A stretch of DNA of 64,000 bases from an uncultured Clostridia bacterium (lineage in GTDB: Bacteria > Bacillota > Clostridia > Christensenellales > UBA1242), in the NCBI GenBank assembly GCA_934778215.1, contig CAKVOE010000002.1, positions 105,829 through 169,828 of the forward strand, given 5' to 3'. This document shows positions 1 to 9,162 of this stretch, piece after piece. The translations under genes and the position numbers were made by a program. The notes under the pieces are model-generated. The model was given only the letters and a program-made list of their open reading frames with translations, was not told the origin of the DNA and searched no databases. Position 1 is the stretch's first letter. Each line of letters starts with the position of its first letter.

Positions 1-2190
1 GGTAACACCAATAGCACCCAATGATAGGAACAATATTTTAACAATTAGTGCAAACGCAATATTTTCAATTACTATCTTTTTTGCATGACGAGAAATTTCT
101 ATTAGTTCTACCACCCTTTCTGGGTTGTCATCTACAAGCACAATATCACTGGCTTCTTTAGAACTTTCTGCTCCGCTTATACCCATACTAATACCAACAT
201 CGCTAACGGCAAGGCTTGGTGCATCGTTTATTCCGTCACCAACATAACCAGTAGTATAATTTTTTGCCTTGTTTTTTATAAGCCAATTATATTTATCTTC
301 GGGGGTCATTTCGCCATATACTTCATCTATACCTAGTTCTGTGCCAATTGCGTGAGCAACAACATTGTTATCGCCAGAAAGCATTATGGTTTTTATGGAT
401 TTTTGCTTTAATGCCATAATGGTTTCATTAGAACTATTCTTTATGCTATCACTCAAAACAAGTTTGCCTATTATCTCATCATCGGCTTTTACATATACAG
501 TAGTTTTGTTGTCGTGCTGTTCGGTTTTGTCGCTTCCTACAAAAATTTTTATACCGCCCAAAGTGTAACTAACACCATGCCCTGCAACTTCTTGATGATT
601 TTCTACATCTCTAAGTTTTATATCTTCACCATATTTAATAATTGCCCTTGCAATAGGGTGCAAAGAATATTGCTCTCCCCAGCACGCAAACTTTAAAACA
701 TCTTGCATTGAGTAGTTTTCTGATAGCGACTCAATCTCTTCTACCTCAAACTCTCCGTTTGTTAATGTGCCAGTTTTATCAAAAGCGACTGCCTTTAACT
801 TTGCACTTGCATCTAGTGAACTACTGCCCTTAATTAGGATACCATGTCTACTAGCATTACCGATTCCCGAAAAATAACTTAATGGCACGCTTATTGCAAA
901 AGCACACGGACAAGAACATACCAGGAAAATTAATCCTCTATACACTGCAACGTCTACATTTTTTGTTACAATCCCAACAATTATGCCAGTTAAAAGGGCA
1001 AGCCCCATCACAACAAATGTATAATATTTGGAAAATTTAGAAATAATTGTTTCCGTTCGGCTTTTTTTCTCGCTTGCATCTTCTATCATGGTAAGAATTC
1101 TGCTTACCGCACTGTCTTTAAACTCTGTCGTTGTTTTAACGGTGATAACGCCATCTAGCACAACACTTCCACTTAATATGGTTTGCCCTGCCGTTTTTAA
1201 AACTGGCACACTTTCGCCCGTTAAATGACTAACATTAACCGATGTTGTTCCACTAATAATTTCGCCATCAATAGGAACCTTTTCGCCCGGCTTTACTATT
1301 ATAGATTGCCCTATTTTTACAATTTCAGGATTAACCTTTCGCTCGCACCCAGTATCATCTATTATGTTTGCATATTCGGGCTGAATTTCTATTAAATTTT
1401 GAATATCCCGCCTTGCCCTATTTACCGCCAAGGCTTCTAATGCTTTGCCTATTGTATACAGTGCAACAACCATTAATCCTTCCGTAGCCTCGCCAACAAT
1501 AATGGCTCCAACAACCGATATTGTCACAAGCAAATTTTCGTTTACAACTCCGTGAGTTAAAAGTTTTATTGCCGTAATATAGGTTTGATGCCCGATTAAA
1601 ACCACCGCCAAAATTAACATCGTCCAATATAGCCATGATATATTTTGAACAAATAATGAGGCTACTCCAAGCACCAATCCCGCTCCAACCAAAATATTTC
1701 CGGGTTTAATCTTGCCCTTTGTCGCACTATCTTTGCCCAAAAACTCAAGAGTTGGCTCTTGCTTTTTGCAGAAATTTATAATATCTATATCCGTTAAACT
1801 GTTTTCGTCAAACGCAACACAAATACTACCAAGTTTATAATTTACCACACAACTTTGTATACCGTTTAACTTTGTTAAAGCATTTTCTACCGACTGTGCA
1901 CACATTGCACAATCAAGGCCCTTAACCTTCCACCTTCTTTCGGTAATAAATTGGTAATTGTTTGTCTGCACCTCTTCTATTACAATGTTTGGGCTAAAAT
2001 CTTTAATTGTCTTTTTTACCTTTTGCATTGCTTGTTCTACATCGGCATCTTCTTCAAAAGTTATTGTTAACTTTTGCAATACAAATGCAATATTTGCTAA
2101 TTTTACACCACTAATTTTTGTAATTGCTTCGCCAAGAACCCTTGCACAGTCAGCACAATGTAAATTTAAAATTTTGAACTCTTTATTCAT
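1..2190 (-). CDS. Heavy-metal (P1B-type, Cd/Zn/Co-like) translocating P-type ATPase; the C-terminal part runs off the left edge
   Basis: Absent from the ORF track because there is no stop codon in the window. My translation of the minus strand from the ATG at 2190..2188 gives MNKEFKILNLHCADCARVLGEAI (HMA domain, CxxC) and a second HMA domain (KGLDCAMCAQSVENAL). Further in are CSCPCAFAISVP (rev-comp around 898-918) and VGDGINDAPSLA (rev-comp of 181-243). The start overlaps the ArsR-family gene end by 8 nt. Confidence 0.9.
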   Translation of the reverse strand, partial: MNKEFKILNLHCADCARVLGEAITKISGVKLANIAFVLQKLTITFEEDADVEQAMQKVKKTIKDFSPNIVIEEVQTNNYQFITERRWKVKGLDCAMCAQSVENALTKLNGIQSCVVNYKLGSICVAFDENSLTDIDIINFCKKQEPTLEFLGKDSATKGKIKPGNILVGAGLVLGVASLFVQNISWLYWTMLILAVVLIGHQTYITAIKLLTHGVVNENLLVTISVVGAIIVGEATEGLMVVALYTIGKALEALAVNRARRDIQNLIEIQPEYANIIDDTGCERKVNPEIVKIGQSIIVKPGEKVPIDGEIISGTTSVNVSHLTGESVPVLKTAGQTILSGSVVLDGVITVKTTTEFKDSAVSRILTMIEDASEKKSRTETIISKFSKYYTFVVMGLALLTGIIVGIVTKNVDVAVYRGLIFLVCSCPCAFAISVPLSYFSGIGNASRHGILIKGSSSLDASAKLKAVAFDKTGTLTNGEFEVEEIESLSENYSMQDVLKFACWGEQYSLHPIARAIIKYGEDIKLRDVENHQEVAGHGVSYTLGGIKIFVGSDKTEQHDNKTTVYVKADDEIIGKLVLSDSIKNSSNETIMALKQKSIKTIMLSGDNNVVAHAIGTELGIDEVYGEMTPEDKYNWLIKNKAKNYTTGYVGDGINDAPSLAVSDVGISMGISGAESSKEASDIVLVDDNPERVVELIEISRHAKKIVIENIAFALIVKILFLSLGAIGVT

Positions 2191-2572
2191 TTGTCAACTC
2201 CTTTACATGGCTGATGCTAATTTCTATTAAATCTTTTACGTGGTCATCTAGCAGAGAGTATATCACTTCTTTACCCCGTTTTTCTCCCTTAATTAGTCTT
2301 AGCGCCTTTAAGTATTTTAACTGATGCGACACCGCCGACTTTGTCATATCTAACAATTTTGCCAATTCGCACACGCAAAAATCTGAATTGTTTAGCGCAT
2401 AAAGAATTTTTATACGACTAGCCGTTGCAAATGCCCCATAAAATTCTTCTAACCCTGTTATTAACTTTTCATCTATTATAATATTATTAATTTTTTCATC
2501 ATATAGATGTTCACAATCTTTTTCCGTAAAAATTTTCTCCTTAATTAAAATAACAGTTGAATAATCATTCAA
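2183..2572 (-). CDS. ArsR/SmtB (CadC-like) metal-sensing transcriptional repressor
   Basis: Winged-HTH signature SRIKILYALNNSDFCVCELAKLLDMTKSAVSHQLKYLKALRLI with a CVC metal-site motif. It is translationally coupled to the downstream P1B ATPase. The track start is a TTG only 8 nt after the -10 box, so the start codon is uncertain. Confidence 0.85.
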   Translation of the reverse strand: MNDYSTVILIKEKIFTEKDCEHLYDEKINNIIIDEKLITGLEEFYGAFATASRIKILYALNNSDFCVCELAKLLDMTKSAVSHQLKYLKALRLIKGEKRGKEVIYSLLDDHVKDLIEISISHVKELTNE

Positions 2573-2610
2573 CTGTCACAATTATAGTTGAACAACCATT
2601 CAACTGTCAA
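2553..2610 (-). promoter_or_regulatory. Sigma-A type promoter of the arsR/cadC-ATPase operon with two copies of a 7-6-7 palindrome operator (AGTTGAA-N6-TTCAACT)
   Basis: On the minus strand: TTGACA (2610..2605), an 18-nt spacer, TATAAT (2586..2581). The spacer is itself the palindrome GTTGAACAACCATTCAAC (2587-2604). A second copy, ACAGTTGAATAATCATTCAACTGT (2553-2576), covers the predicted +1 and the start codon. Confidence 0.7.
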
Positions 2611-2640
2611 GCATTTTATAAAAACTTTTATAAAAATTTT

Positions 2641-3324
2641 TTATTTTTGATTTTCGCTTTCTGGTAATGTATCTGCAACCTCAAGAGCCTCTGCATTTTT
2701 TCTATTTTTAATATAATGTAAAATTAAACTTACTACAATAACAATTAGTGCAAGCACCAAAAAGCCATACATAATAATCGTTGTGCTATTTGGGAACAAT
2801 AAACATATACCAAGCATTATAAGACCAGCAATAACGTTTCCTAAAAACACTGCCAAAACACCCTTTGCCCAGTGCATTTTTAAATATGCCGAAACCGCAG
2901 ACCCCGTCCATGCCCCCGTTAGCGGAAGTGGCACAGCAACAAAAGCAACTACCCCCCAAAACTTTATTCTTTCGGACTTTTTGATGTTTTCGGCGTTTTT
3001 AACCTTTTCATCTATTCCCTTGCTTTTGTTTGAAAACCTTTTTTCTAGCGAATTTGCGAGTTTTGAAAACCATTTGGTCTTCTTCATTAAGTTAAACAGT
3101 GGAAGCAAAAGCGGTATTATTATAAATGCTGGAAGGGTTGCTCCAACCACCGAACAAATGTATGCCTGCCACCAACTTAATTTATTTGCCCCCCAAACCG
3201 AACTCATAGCAAAAGGAAGCGCTGTTCTTAGTTCGGTTATAGGAATGGCAGACAATATTATTATGCCCAAAAACACATTGGTACCAAAAACATTTACAAT
3301 AAAATCTTTAATTATTTCTACCAT
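2641..3324 (-). CDS. Small multidrug-export-like membrane protein (COG2426 / Sm_multidrug_ex family)
   Basis: Family hallmarks PITELRTALPFAM near the N-terminus and VAVPLPLTGAWTGSAVSAYL in the C-terminal half, separated by a charged loop. Multiple TM helices. Confidence 0.65.
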   Translation of the reverse strand: MVEIIKDFIVNVFGTNVFLGIIILSAIPITELRTALPFAMSSVWGANKLSWWQAYICSVVGATLPAFIIIPLLLPLFNLMKKTKWFSKLANSLEKRFSNKSKGIDEKVKNAENIKKSERIKFWGVVAFVAVPLPLTGAWTGSAVSAYLKMHWAKGVLAVFLGNVIAGLIMLGICLLFPNSTTIIMYGFLVLALIVIVVSLILHYIKNRKNAEALEVADTLPESENQK

Positions 3325-3333
3325 CTACCGCTC

Positions 3334-4383
3334 CTAACCAAACAACTCTGTCTTAATAGCATCGGCTTCAACCGTCAATTCTTCCTTTGCACGCTTAAAC
3401 TCGCCAAGCTCCTCTTCTTTTAGAGTGTTTATGCCGATTGTTATAATAATATCCAAAATTAATACTCTTTGATTAATGGCTATCAATTTTGCACTAGGCG
3501 TTGTCGCCATAGAATATTCATCTTGCAAACTATCTAGTTTAACTTTTAGCATTTCTACCATATTATATCTTGTTTGCAAGGTTTTTAGTTCTGCTTCTTT
3601 TTGAAGTTCGGTTAAATTTTGGTCGTTTTTTATACAATTTACATACACATATAATTCGGTTACCGTTCCCTCTACCGAGTCTATTGCTAGCATTTTTGCA
3701 GAAAGTTTGTTGTTGTTTTTGTAAAGAGCAAGAACCCAATTACCTCTAAGATAGGACTCATAACTATTTGCATAAACGCTATACAACTCTCCTAGTGCAA
3801 CTTTGGTTTTTTCGTCCACCTTTTTTGCAAAGTTAGAAAATTTATCGCCTTGCACCATAATTTCTATATATTGCTCCATGTCTTCATAATTTTTTCTTTC
3901 GATGGCAAGTTGTATTACATTATATAAATTTTCGTTAGTTTTATGCCTTTCGTACACTCTTTTATACACCAAATATGATGCACTTTTTGCCCCCACATAA
4001 TTAAAGGCCTGCAAAATTGTATTTGGAATTATTGGAGTTAAACATACTATTAAAAAACAGAAACTACATAAAAAGCAAAATACGGTAAAAAAGGCAGTTT
4101 TTATAACTGTACCCACTTTTACCTTTGGCTTTTGTGGGTCAGATTTAGCATTATTTTTATTTTCCTTTTTGTTTTTAGATTTATTCTTTTTTACGCTAGT
4201 CCCCTCCCCTTTTTTCTTTTCTTCTGGGCATTCTGCTTGAACCCAATATTTTTTGTTGCGGTCAAACTGCTCCTCTTGCTCTTTCTCTCCGTTTTCGCCA
4301 GAATCTATTAGTGCATCATTTAACATTTTTTCAAAATCTTCTAACTCATTTGAATTATCCTTTTGCATTGCACTTCTCCTCAT
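3334..4383 (-). CDS. Hypothetical membrane-anchored protein (Lys/Glu-rich N-terminus, one TM, helical C-terminal domain)
   Basis: Long ORF with coding-like composition. TM segment VIKTAFFTVFCFLCSFCFLIVCLTPII. No motif recognised. Confidence 0.5.
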   Translation of the reverse strand: MRRSAMQKDNSNELEDFEKMLNDALIDSGENGEKEQEEQFDRNKKYWVQAECPEEKKKGEGTSVKKNKSKNKKENKNNAKSDPQKPKVKVGTVIKTAFFTVFCFLCSFCFLIVCLTPIIPNTILQAFNYVGAKSASYLVYKRVYERHKTNENLYNVIQLAIERKNYEDMEQYIEIMVQGDKFSNFAKKVDEKTKVALGELYSVYANSYESYLRGNWVLALYKNNNKLSAKMLAIDSVEGTVTELYVYVNCIKNDQNLTELQKEAELKTLQTRYNMVEMLKVKLDSLQDEYSMATTPSAKLIAINQRVLILDIIITIGINTLKEEELGEFKRAKEELTVEADAIKTELFG

Positions 4384-4807
4384 AACTCAAAATTTTATTA
4401 ACTCTTCTAAGGTGTCTCCCTCCGTCAAAAGGTTCTCTTATAAAAATTTCGCAAATTTTTAGAGCCTCTTCTTTTGAAATATTATCTGCACCAAAACTAA
4501 GACAATTAATATTGTTTTTGTGTCTTGCAAGTGTTACCGCATTTTCGCTTTCGCAAACGCCAGCCCGTATTCCAAACACTTTATTCATAGCAATAACCGC
4601 ACCCACTCCCGTTCGACAAATCATTATACCCAAATCGGCACTTTTATTTTTTACGCTTTCTGCCACCGCAAATGAAAAATCGGTGTAATCATCTTCGCTG
4701 TCTTGATTTAATGCACCCACATCAATAAAATTTACATTTTTTAAATTTTCTTTGATATATTCTTTATACAAAAAACCACCATGGTCTGAACCTATTGCAA
4801 TGTTCAT
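4355..4807 (-). CDS. rpiB: Ribose-5-phosphate isomerase B
   Basis: MNIAIGSDHGGF start and the active-site region GIMICRTGVGAVIAMNK are typical of the RpiB/LacAB family. The position after a ywlE-like phosphatase matches the Bacillus ywlE-ywlF synteny. Confidence 0.9.
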   Translation of the reverse strand: MNIAIGSDHGGFLYKEYIKENLKNVNFIDVGALNQDSEDDYTDFSFAVAESVKNKSADLGIMICRTGVGAVIAMNKVFGIRAGVCESENAVTLARHKNNINCLSFGADNISKEEALKICEIFIREPFDGGRHLRRVNKILSYEEKCNAKG

Positions 4808-5268
4808 TAAATTATACCTTCTTTATTTAAAATATTAATTAATTCTGTAACATATGCTTTCGCCATTTTGCACAACTCTAAATACGCCGATCTTCCAAGC
4901 CCAAAAGGGTCGGCAATTTCCGCACCTTTAATATAGTCAGAAAAAGCAACCACATTTTTTGCGTATGGCTCTTTATTTAAGATTGCGTTTTTGATTGCAC
5001 TGTTTACGCAAATTACCAATTGGTTTTGCTTAATTAGTTTTGGCGACAACGCCGTTGGGGTGTGATTGCTGTGCAAAATATTAAATTCTGATAGAGCATA
5101 TTTAGCATCGTCAGATATTGAAACATCATTACTATTAACAAAAATACCTGCACTAGACGCTTTTACAAGGGTATCTTTTTGCATTTTTTGGATTTCATCA
5201 TTAAAGATTGCCGAGATTATTGGCGACCGACAGGTATCGCCCGAACATACAAAAAGTATATTTACCAT
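4807..5268 (-). CDS. Low-molecular-weight phosphatase, YwlE-like (protein arginine/tyrosine phosphatase)
   Basis: N-terminal P-loop ILFVCSGDTCRSP (CX5R-S). The Thr before the second Cys matches the YwlE CTGNTCRSP pattern. ATGA overlap with rpiB. Confidence 0.8.
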   Translation of the reverse strand: MVNILFVCSGDTCRSPIISAIFNDEIQKMQKDTLVKASSAGIFVNSNDVSISDDAKYALSEFNILHSNHTPTALSPKLIKQNQLVICVNSAIKNAILNKEPYAKNVVAFSDYIKGAEIADPFGLGRSAYLELCKMAKAYVTELINILNKEGII

Positions 5269-5328
5269 TTACCCTTCTCCTAATAGTAAATATACCATAA
5301 TTAAAATTAATTGTCAAAGAATTAGTTG

Positions 5329-5511
5329 CTAATTCTTGTTGGACATCTCACTAATTTCAACCGAAAGTTCAAAAAGTGAGTTTTTTAAATCTTGGTTATC
5401 CCTTTTTAAATATTCAATATCTCTTTTTTGAATACTTAACATATCTTCATAACTTTCAATAATTCTGTCCACTTCTTTTTTTGAATAATTTAGTTTTAAT
5501 TTACCAAACAT
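5329..5511 (-). CDS. Small DivIVA/GpsB-like coiled-coil protein
   Basis: YSKKEVDRIIESYEDMLSIQKRDIEYLKRDNQDLKNSL resembles the DivIVA N-terminal pattern (Y..EVD.F...ye.l..en..L). The start was moved to MFGKL. Confidence 0.4.
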   Translation of the reverse strand: MFGKLKLNYSKKEVDRIIESYEDMLSIQKRDIEYLKRDNQDLKNSLFELSVEISEMSNKN

Positions 5512-5556
5512 AAAAACTTCCCTCAACTATATTTTGAGAGAAGTTTAAAAAATTAT

Positions 5557-6117
5557 TTATTCGCTTTTTGCTTTTAGTAAATTTCCACAATATGGACAAA
5601 TTGCCTTTTCGCCATTAAAAACAACGGTTGCACCGCAATTTTCACACTTTGCACTATTAAGAAACTTTTTGGAATTGGTTTTGTTTACAATTTTCGCTAT
5701 TTCTAGTGCATTTCTTTCTCGCTGTTTTTGCTCTTCTTCTACAACTAGCACAATGCGGTCCTTTTCTACCTTTACGCCTTCAATGTACTCGTTATCTATC
5801 AAAAACAAAATAGAACCCGCTACTAGTGTTTTTCTTCTTTTTAGTCTGTTAGAAATTTCTTCTATTGATCTAACTTTGTCATACAAAATTAGTTCTCCCG
5901 AACGCCTAGCAAGCCCTACTTTTGCTATTCTTTTTACAAAAACAAAATCCCCATAAACTGAAAAGCATAAAAAGAATGCCCCACCTATCATATATACAAA
6001 ATTATCTTTTTCGTAACCGATTTTAATATATACAACCGAAGCAATTGCAATAAACATTGCAACAAATAGCAAAATGGTAAACGACACAATCTCTTGATTT
6101 AACTTTTTATAATTCAT
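5557..6117 (-). CDS. Membrane protein with two N-terminal TM helices and a C-terminal zinc ribbon
   Basis: TM segments near the N-terminus. C-terminal CENCGATVVFNGEKAICPYCGN (CxxC-N13-CxxC). Confidence 0.5.
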   Translation of the reverse strand: MNYKKLNQEIVSFTILLFVAMFIAIASVVYIKIGYEKDNFVYMIGGAFFLCFSVYGDFVFVKRIAKVGLARRSGELILYDKVRSIEEISNRLKRRKTLVAGSILFLIDNEYIEGVKVEKDRIVLVVEEEQKQRERNALEIAKIVNKTNSKKFLNSAKCENCGATVVFNGEKAICPYCGNLLKAKSE

Positions 6118-6265
6118 AAAATAATTATCCTACAATTAATTTATACCACATTGGGCGACTCTTTGCAATTTTATAATCAAGTTTTTTTAAATTTTAACAA
6201 AAAAAGTTTACATTTATACAACTATTTGTTATTATTATATTTGTAAAAAAATTGGAGAAACTTTT

Positions 6266-6727
6266 ATGAAAACAATATCATTTTTAGCCACAGCATTAAC
6301 CACCGATGTAATTTTGCTAATAAGCATAGTTGGAGTTTTGTTTGTTACAGCATTTGTTGTAAGTACTGTAAAATACCTTAAAAAACGCAAAAAAAAAATG
6401 GAAGAAGCCGACCGAGAGGTAGAAGATGTAATTGTTAAACACGGTGTAAGATATACCGATGACGAAACAATTGTAGATAAGCACGGCGATATGAATGTTA
6501 CATTTAATAAAGGCGACATCGTTTTAAAGCAAAATGTAACCTATCACGCAGGTAAAAACCTAGACTTTTTACCCGGCAAATACACAATTTTGTCAACCAA
6601 AGATAACGAAGACGACTTTTTGGTACGAATTGGCACCTATGTAAAAAATTACAAACATGGGCAAACCGTTGTAATTGCCGAAGGCGAAGAAGTAACACCA
6701 ACTAGCACCGACATCATATTAAGATAA
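6266..6727 (+). CDS. Single-pass membrane protein, possible NfeD/YdjH-like partner of the downstream SPFH protein
   Basis: N-terminal TM, KKRKKK stop-transfer sequence, beta-rich C-terminal domain. It lies directly upstream of the SPFH gene. The partner role is inferred from context only. Confidence 0.3.
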   Translation: MKTISFLATALTTDVILLISIVGVLFVTAFVVSTVKYLKKRKKKMEEADREVEDVIVKHGVRYTDDETIVDKHGDMNVTFNKGDIVLKQNVTYHAGKNLDFLPGKYTILSTKDNEDDFLVRIGTYVKNYKHGQTVVIAEGEEVTPTSTDIILR

Positions 6728-6750
6728 TAGTAAATTTAGGAGATTATACA

Positions 6751-7830
6751 ATGGGATTTTTTTCAAAGAACTTAACACTTAAAATTTTAGACTGGGAAGA
6801 CCAAAGCAAAAACACAATGGTTTACAAATTCCCTATGGACGGAAGAAAGATATTTTTTGGTTCAAAACTAACCGTTCGAGAATCACAAATGGCGGTATTT
6901 TTAAACAAGGGCGAAATTGCCGATGTTTTTGAGCCAGGAATGTACACACTACATTCTTCTAACCTACCAATTTTATCTAACCTACTTGGCCTACCATACG
7001 GGTTTAAGTCGCCATTTTTTGCAGATGTATATTTTGTTTCTACAAAACAATTTACCAACCTAAAATGGGGCACAACCAACCCTATTACAATGCGAGATAA
7101 AGACTTTGGCACCATTCGCATAAGAGCGTACGGTTCTTACGCATTTAGAGTTGCCGACCCTGCATTATTTTTAAAAGAACTTTTTGGCACAAACTCATCA
7201 TTTACAACCGAAGATATAACGTCTTATTTAAGAAGTATGCTAATTTCTTGCATCTCGGACACCATCGCAGAATCAAAAATTAGCGCACTTGACCTTGCAA
7301 GCAACTTAATGGAGTTTAACAAGCAAGTAAAAGAAAATGTAAAAACACACTTTGCCGAACTTGGCTTAACCTTAACAAATTGCGTTATCGAAAACATCAG
7401 CTTCCCAGAAAGCGTAGAAAAGGCAATTGACACCCGCTCTTCTATGGGTATTTTGGATCAATCTATGGACACCTATATAAAAATGAAGTCTGCCGATGCC
7501 ATTGGCGACCTTGCAAAAAACCAAGGAATGGGTGGCGTAGGTATGCAAATAGGCACAAGTGTGGCAATGGGTCAAATGATGAAAGACCAAATTGAAGGTG
7601 CTTTTAGCAAAAATCCAAAAACCGAAACTACTACAAACGCATCAAGTTCTACAACACCTACAACAAAGGCTTGTCCTAAGTGTGGCGCCATGAACAAACA
7701 AAACGCAAAATTCTGCTTTGAATGTGGCGAAAAATTGCCTGCAAAGGTCGAAAAGTTCTGCCCAGAGTGTGGAACAAAGGTTTCCGAAAAGGCTAAATTT
7801 TGTCCAGAGTGTGGAACAAAACTAAAATAA
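6751..7830 (+). CDS. SPFH-domain protein of the YdjI / COG4260 type with a C-terminal triple zinc-ribbon tail
   Basis: The N-terminus MGFFSK...ILDWEDQSKNTMVYKFPMDGRKIFFGSKLTVRESQMAVFLNKGEIADVFEPGMYTL is typical of YdjI-like SPFH proteins. The C-terminus has CPKCG..CFECG, CPECG, CPECG repeats. Confidence 0.65.
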   Translation: MGFFSKNLTLKILDWEDQSKNTMVYKFPMDGRKIFFGSKLTVRESQMAVFLNKGEIADVFEPGMYTLHSSNLPILSNLLGLPYGFKSPFFADVYFVSTKQFTNLKWGTTNPITMRDKDFGTIRIRAYGSYAFRVADPALFLKELFGTNSSFTTEDITSYLRSMLISCISDTIAESKISALDLASNLMEFNKQVKENVKTHFAELGLTLTNCVIENISFPESVEKAIDTRSSMGILDQSMDTYIKMKSADAIGDLAKNQGMGGVGMQIGTSVAMGQMMKDQIEGAFSKNPKTETTTNASSSTTPTTKACPKCGAMNKQNAKFCFECGEKLPAKVEKFCPECGTKVSEKAKFCPECGTKLK

Positions 7831-7881
7831 TATTTGCATTTTTGGGGAAGCGTTTACACTTCCCCTTTTTAAAGGATTTAT

Positions 7882-8910
7882 ATGAAACAAATTTTAAATC
7901 GCTGTAAAGCGTGCGGAGCAATCACTTCATACGATATCGCAGGAAGCGCAGTTGGTTGCCCCTTTTGCCATACGGCGGAGCCATTAAACCTAGACCGTGG
8001 CTTTCCTAAAAAAAATGAATACAGCAATAATAGTAACTTTTTGCCTTTTAAAGAGTTGTTACAAATATATAAATGTACCAATTGTGGTTGCATATACGAA
8101 AGCAAGGACGAACGCTCCAACAACTGCCCTTCTTGTGGTTCGGGCAATTTTTTGATAACCTCTACACTAAACTCTGTACCAGATGCCATACTTCCATTTT
8201 TGCTTTCAAAATCAGTGGCTTCTAAACATTTCAAAAAGTGGACAAGACGCAAATGGTTTGCTCCGCACGACTTAAAAAAGGTTGCGTCATTAGATAGTGC
8301 CGAGCCAATTTATTATCCTCTTTTTGTGCTAGACGCAGAAAACCGCTTTGACTACTCAGGCGTAGGAATTATTAACCGCACCGACTCCAAAGGCAACAGT
8401 ATAACAAAGCGCTGTCCTTTTTCGGATTCTTTAAATACATCTATAAGAAGTATGCTTATTCCCGCAACCGACAAAATTAGTGCAGGGGCAATAAATAGCC
8501 TTGCACCATTTAAACTATCTTGCACCACCAAATTTGATAAAAGATATTTGTATGGCTTTTCGGCTTGTCCTACAACTATAAGCGCCAACGATTGCTACCA
8601 AAAAGCAAAAGAGCAAATTCAAAGGCAAAACATAGCAGAAGCCACAAGCAATAAAAGGCTAGTTTATGATAATATCTTAAATTTAACCGGAACAACTACC
8701 CTATCTAGCCCCGCATTTGCACTTTGCTACGCCCCCCTTTGGAAGGCATCGTACACCTACAAGCAAAAAAAATATAATTGCTACATAAATGGAACCACCG
8801 GAAAAACCGCCGGCGTTGCCCCATTAAGCAAACTAAAAGTTGGACTATTTACCTTAGGCCTTGTGGCTCTTATTGCAGGGATTGTTTTACTAATTACGCA
8901 CTTTTCTTAA
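7882..8910 (+). CDS. Zinc-ribbon protein with a C-terminal TM anchor (YdjG-like architecture)
   Basis: CKACG...CPFCH and CTNCG...CPSCG pairs in the N-terminal 90 aa. C-terminal TM LFTLGLVALIAGIVLLI. As I recall, the length and layout resemble B. subtilis YdjG. Confidence 0.35.
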   Translation: MKQILNRCKACGAITSYDIAGSAVGCPFCHTAEPLNLDRGFPKKNEYSNNSNFLPFKELLQIYKCTNCGCIYESKDERSNNCPSCGSGNFLITSTLNSVPDAILPFLLSKSVASKHFKKWTRRKWFAPHDLKKVASLDSAEPIYYPLFVLDAENRFDYSGVGIINRTDSKGNSITKRCPFSDSLNTSIRSMLIPATDKISAGAINSLAPFKLSCTTKFDKRYLYGFSACPTTISANDCYQKAKEQIQRQNIAEATSNKRLVYDNILNLTGTTTLSSPAFALCYAPLWKASYTYKQKKYNCYINGTTGKTAGVAPLSKLKVGLFTLGLVALIAGIVLLITHFS

Positions 8911-8947
8911 TTGTTTATAAAATTTTATGAAAAATATTGAAAAATGG

Positions 8948-8976
8948 TTGACAAACAATTTTGGATATAGTATATT
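8948..8976 (+). promoter_or_regulatory. Sigma-A promoter for tRNA-Val
   Basis: TTGACA (8948-8953), 17-nt spacer, TATATT (8971-8976), about 50 nt upstream of the tRNA. Confidence 0.6.
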
Positions 8977-9025
8977 ATATTAGTCTTTTGGGATTGTTCC
9001 CAAAGACACAACCCCTTCTTTATAT

Positions 9026-9101
9026 GGGAGTTTAGCTCAGCTGGGAGAGCATCTGCCTTACAAGCAGGCGGTCGTAGGTTCGAGTCCTACAACTCCCACC
9101 A
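9026..9101 (+). tRNA. tRNA-Val (anticodon TAC)
   Basis: A 76-nt cloverleaf, GGGAGTT..AACTCCCACCA. Anticodon arm TCTGC-CTTACAA-GCAGG, T-arm GTAGGTTCGAGTCCTAC, encoded CCA. Confidence 0.95.
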
Positions 9102-9114
9102 TAACCTAGGGTAC

Positions 9115-9144
9115 GCCGTGAATTTATTTCACGGCTATTTTTTT
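9115..9144 (+). terminator. Rho-independent terminator after tRNA-Val
   Basis: GCCGTGA-atttatt-TCACGGC followed by TATTTTTTT. It lies inside the 5' extension of the track ORF 9118.., which argues against that extension. Confidence 0.7.
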
Positions 9145-9162
9145 ATAAAAATGGAGAAAAAT

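Noticed and set aside
2783-3337. A 184-aa ORF antisense to the small-multidrug-export-like gene. Similar long antisense ORFs lie at 10937-11491, 36941-37390, 47921-48430, 54834-55382 and 57085-57534.
   Set aside because: Each lies fully inside a well-supported gene on the other strand, lacks an RBS and has low-complexity composition. These are typical shadow ORFs.
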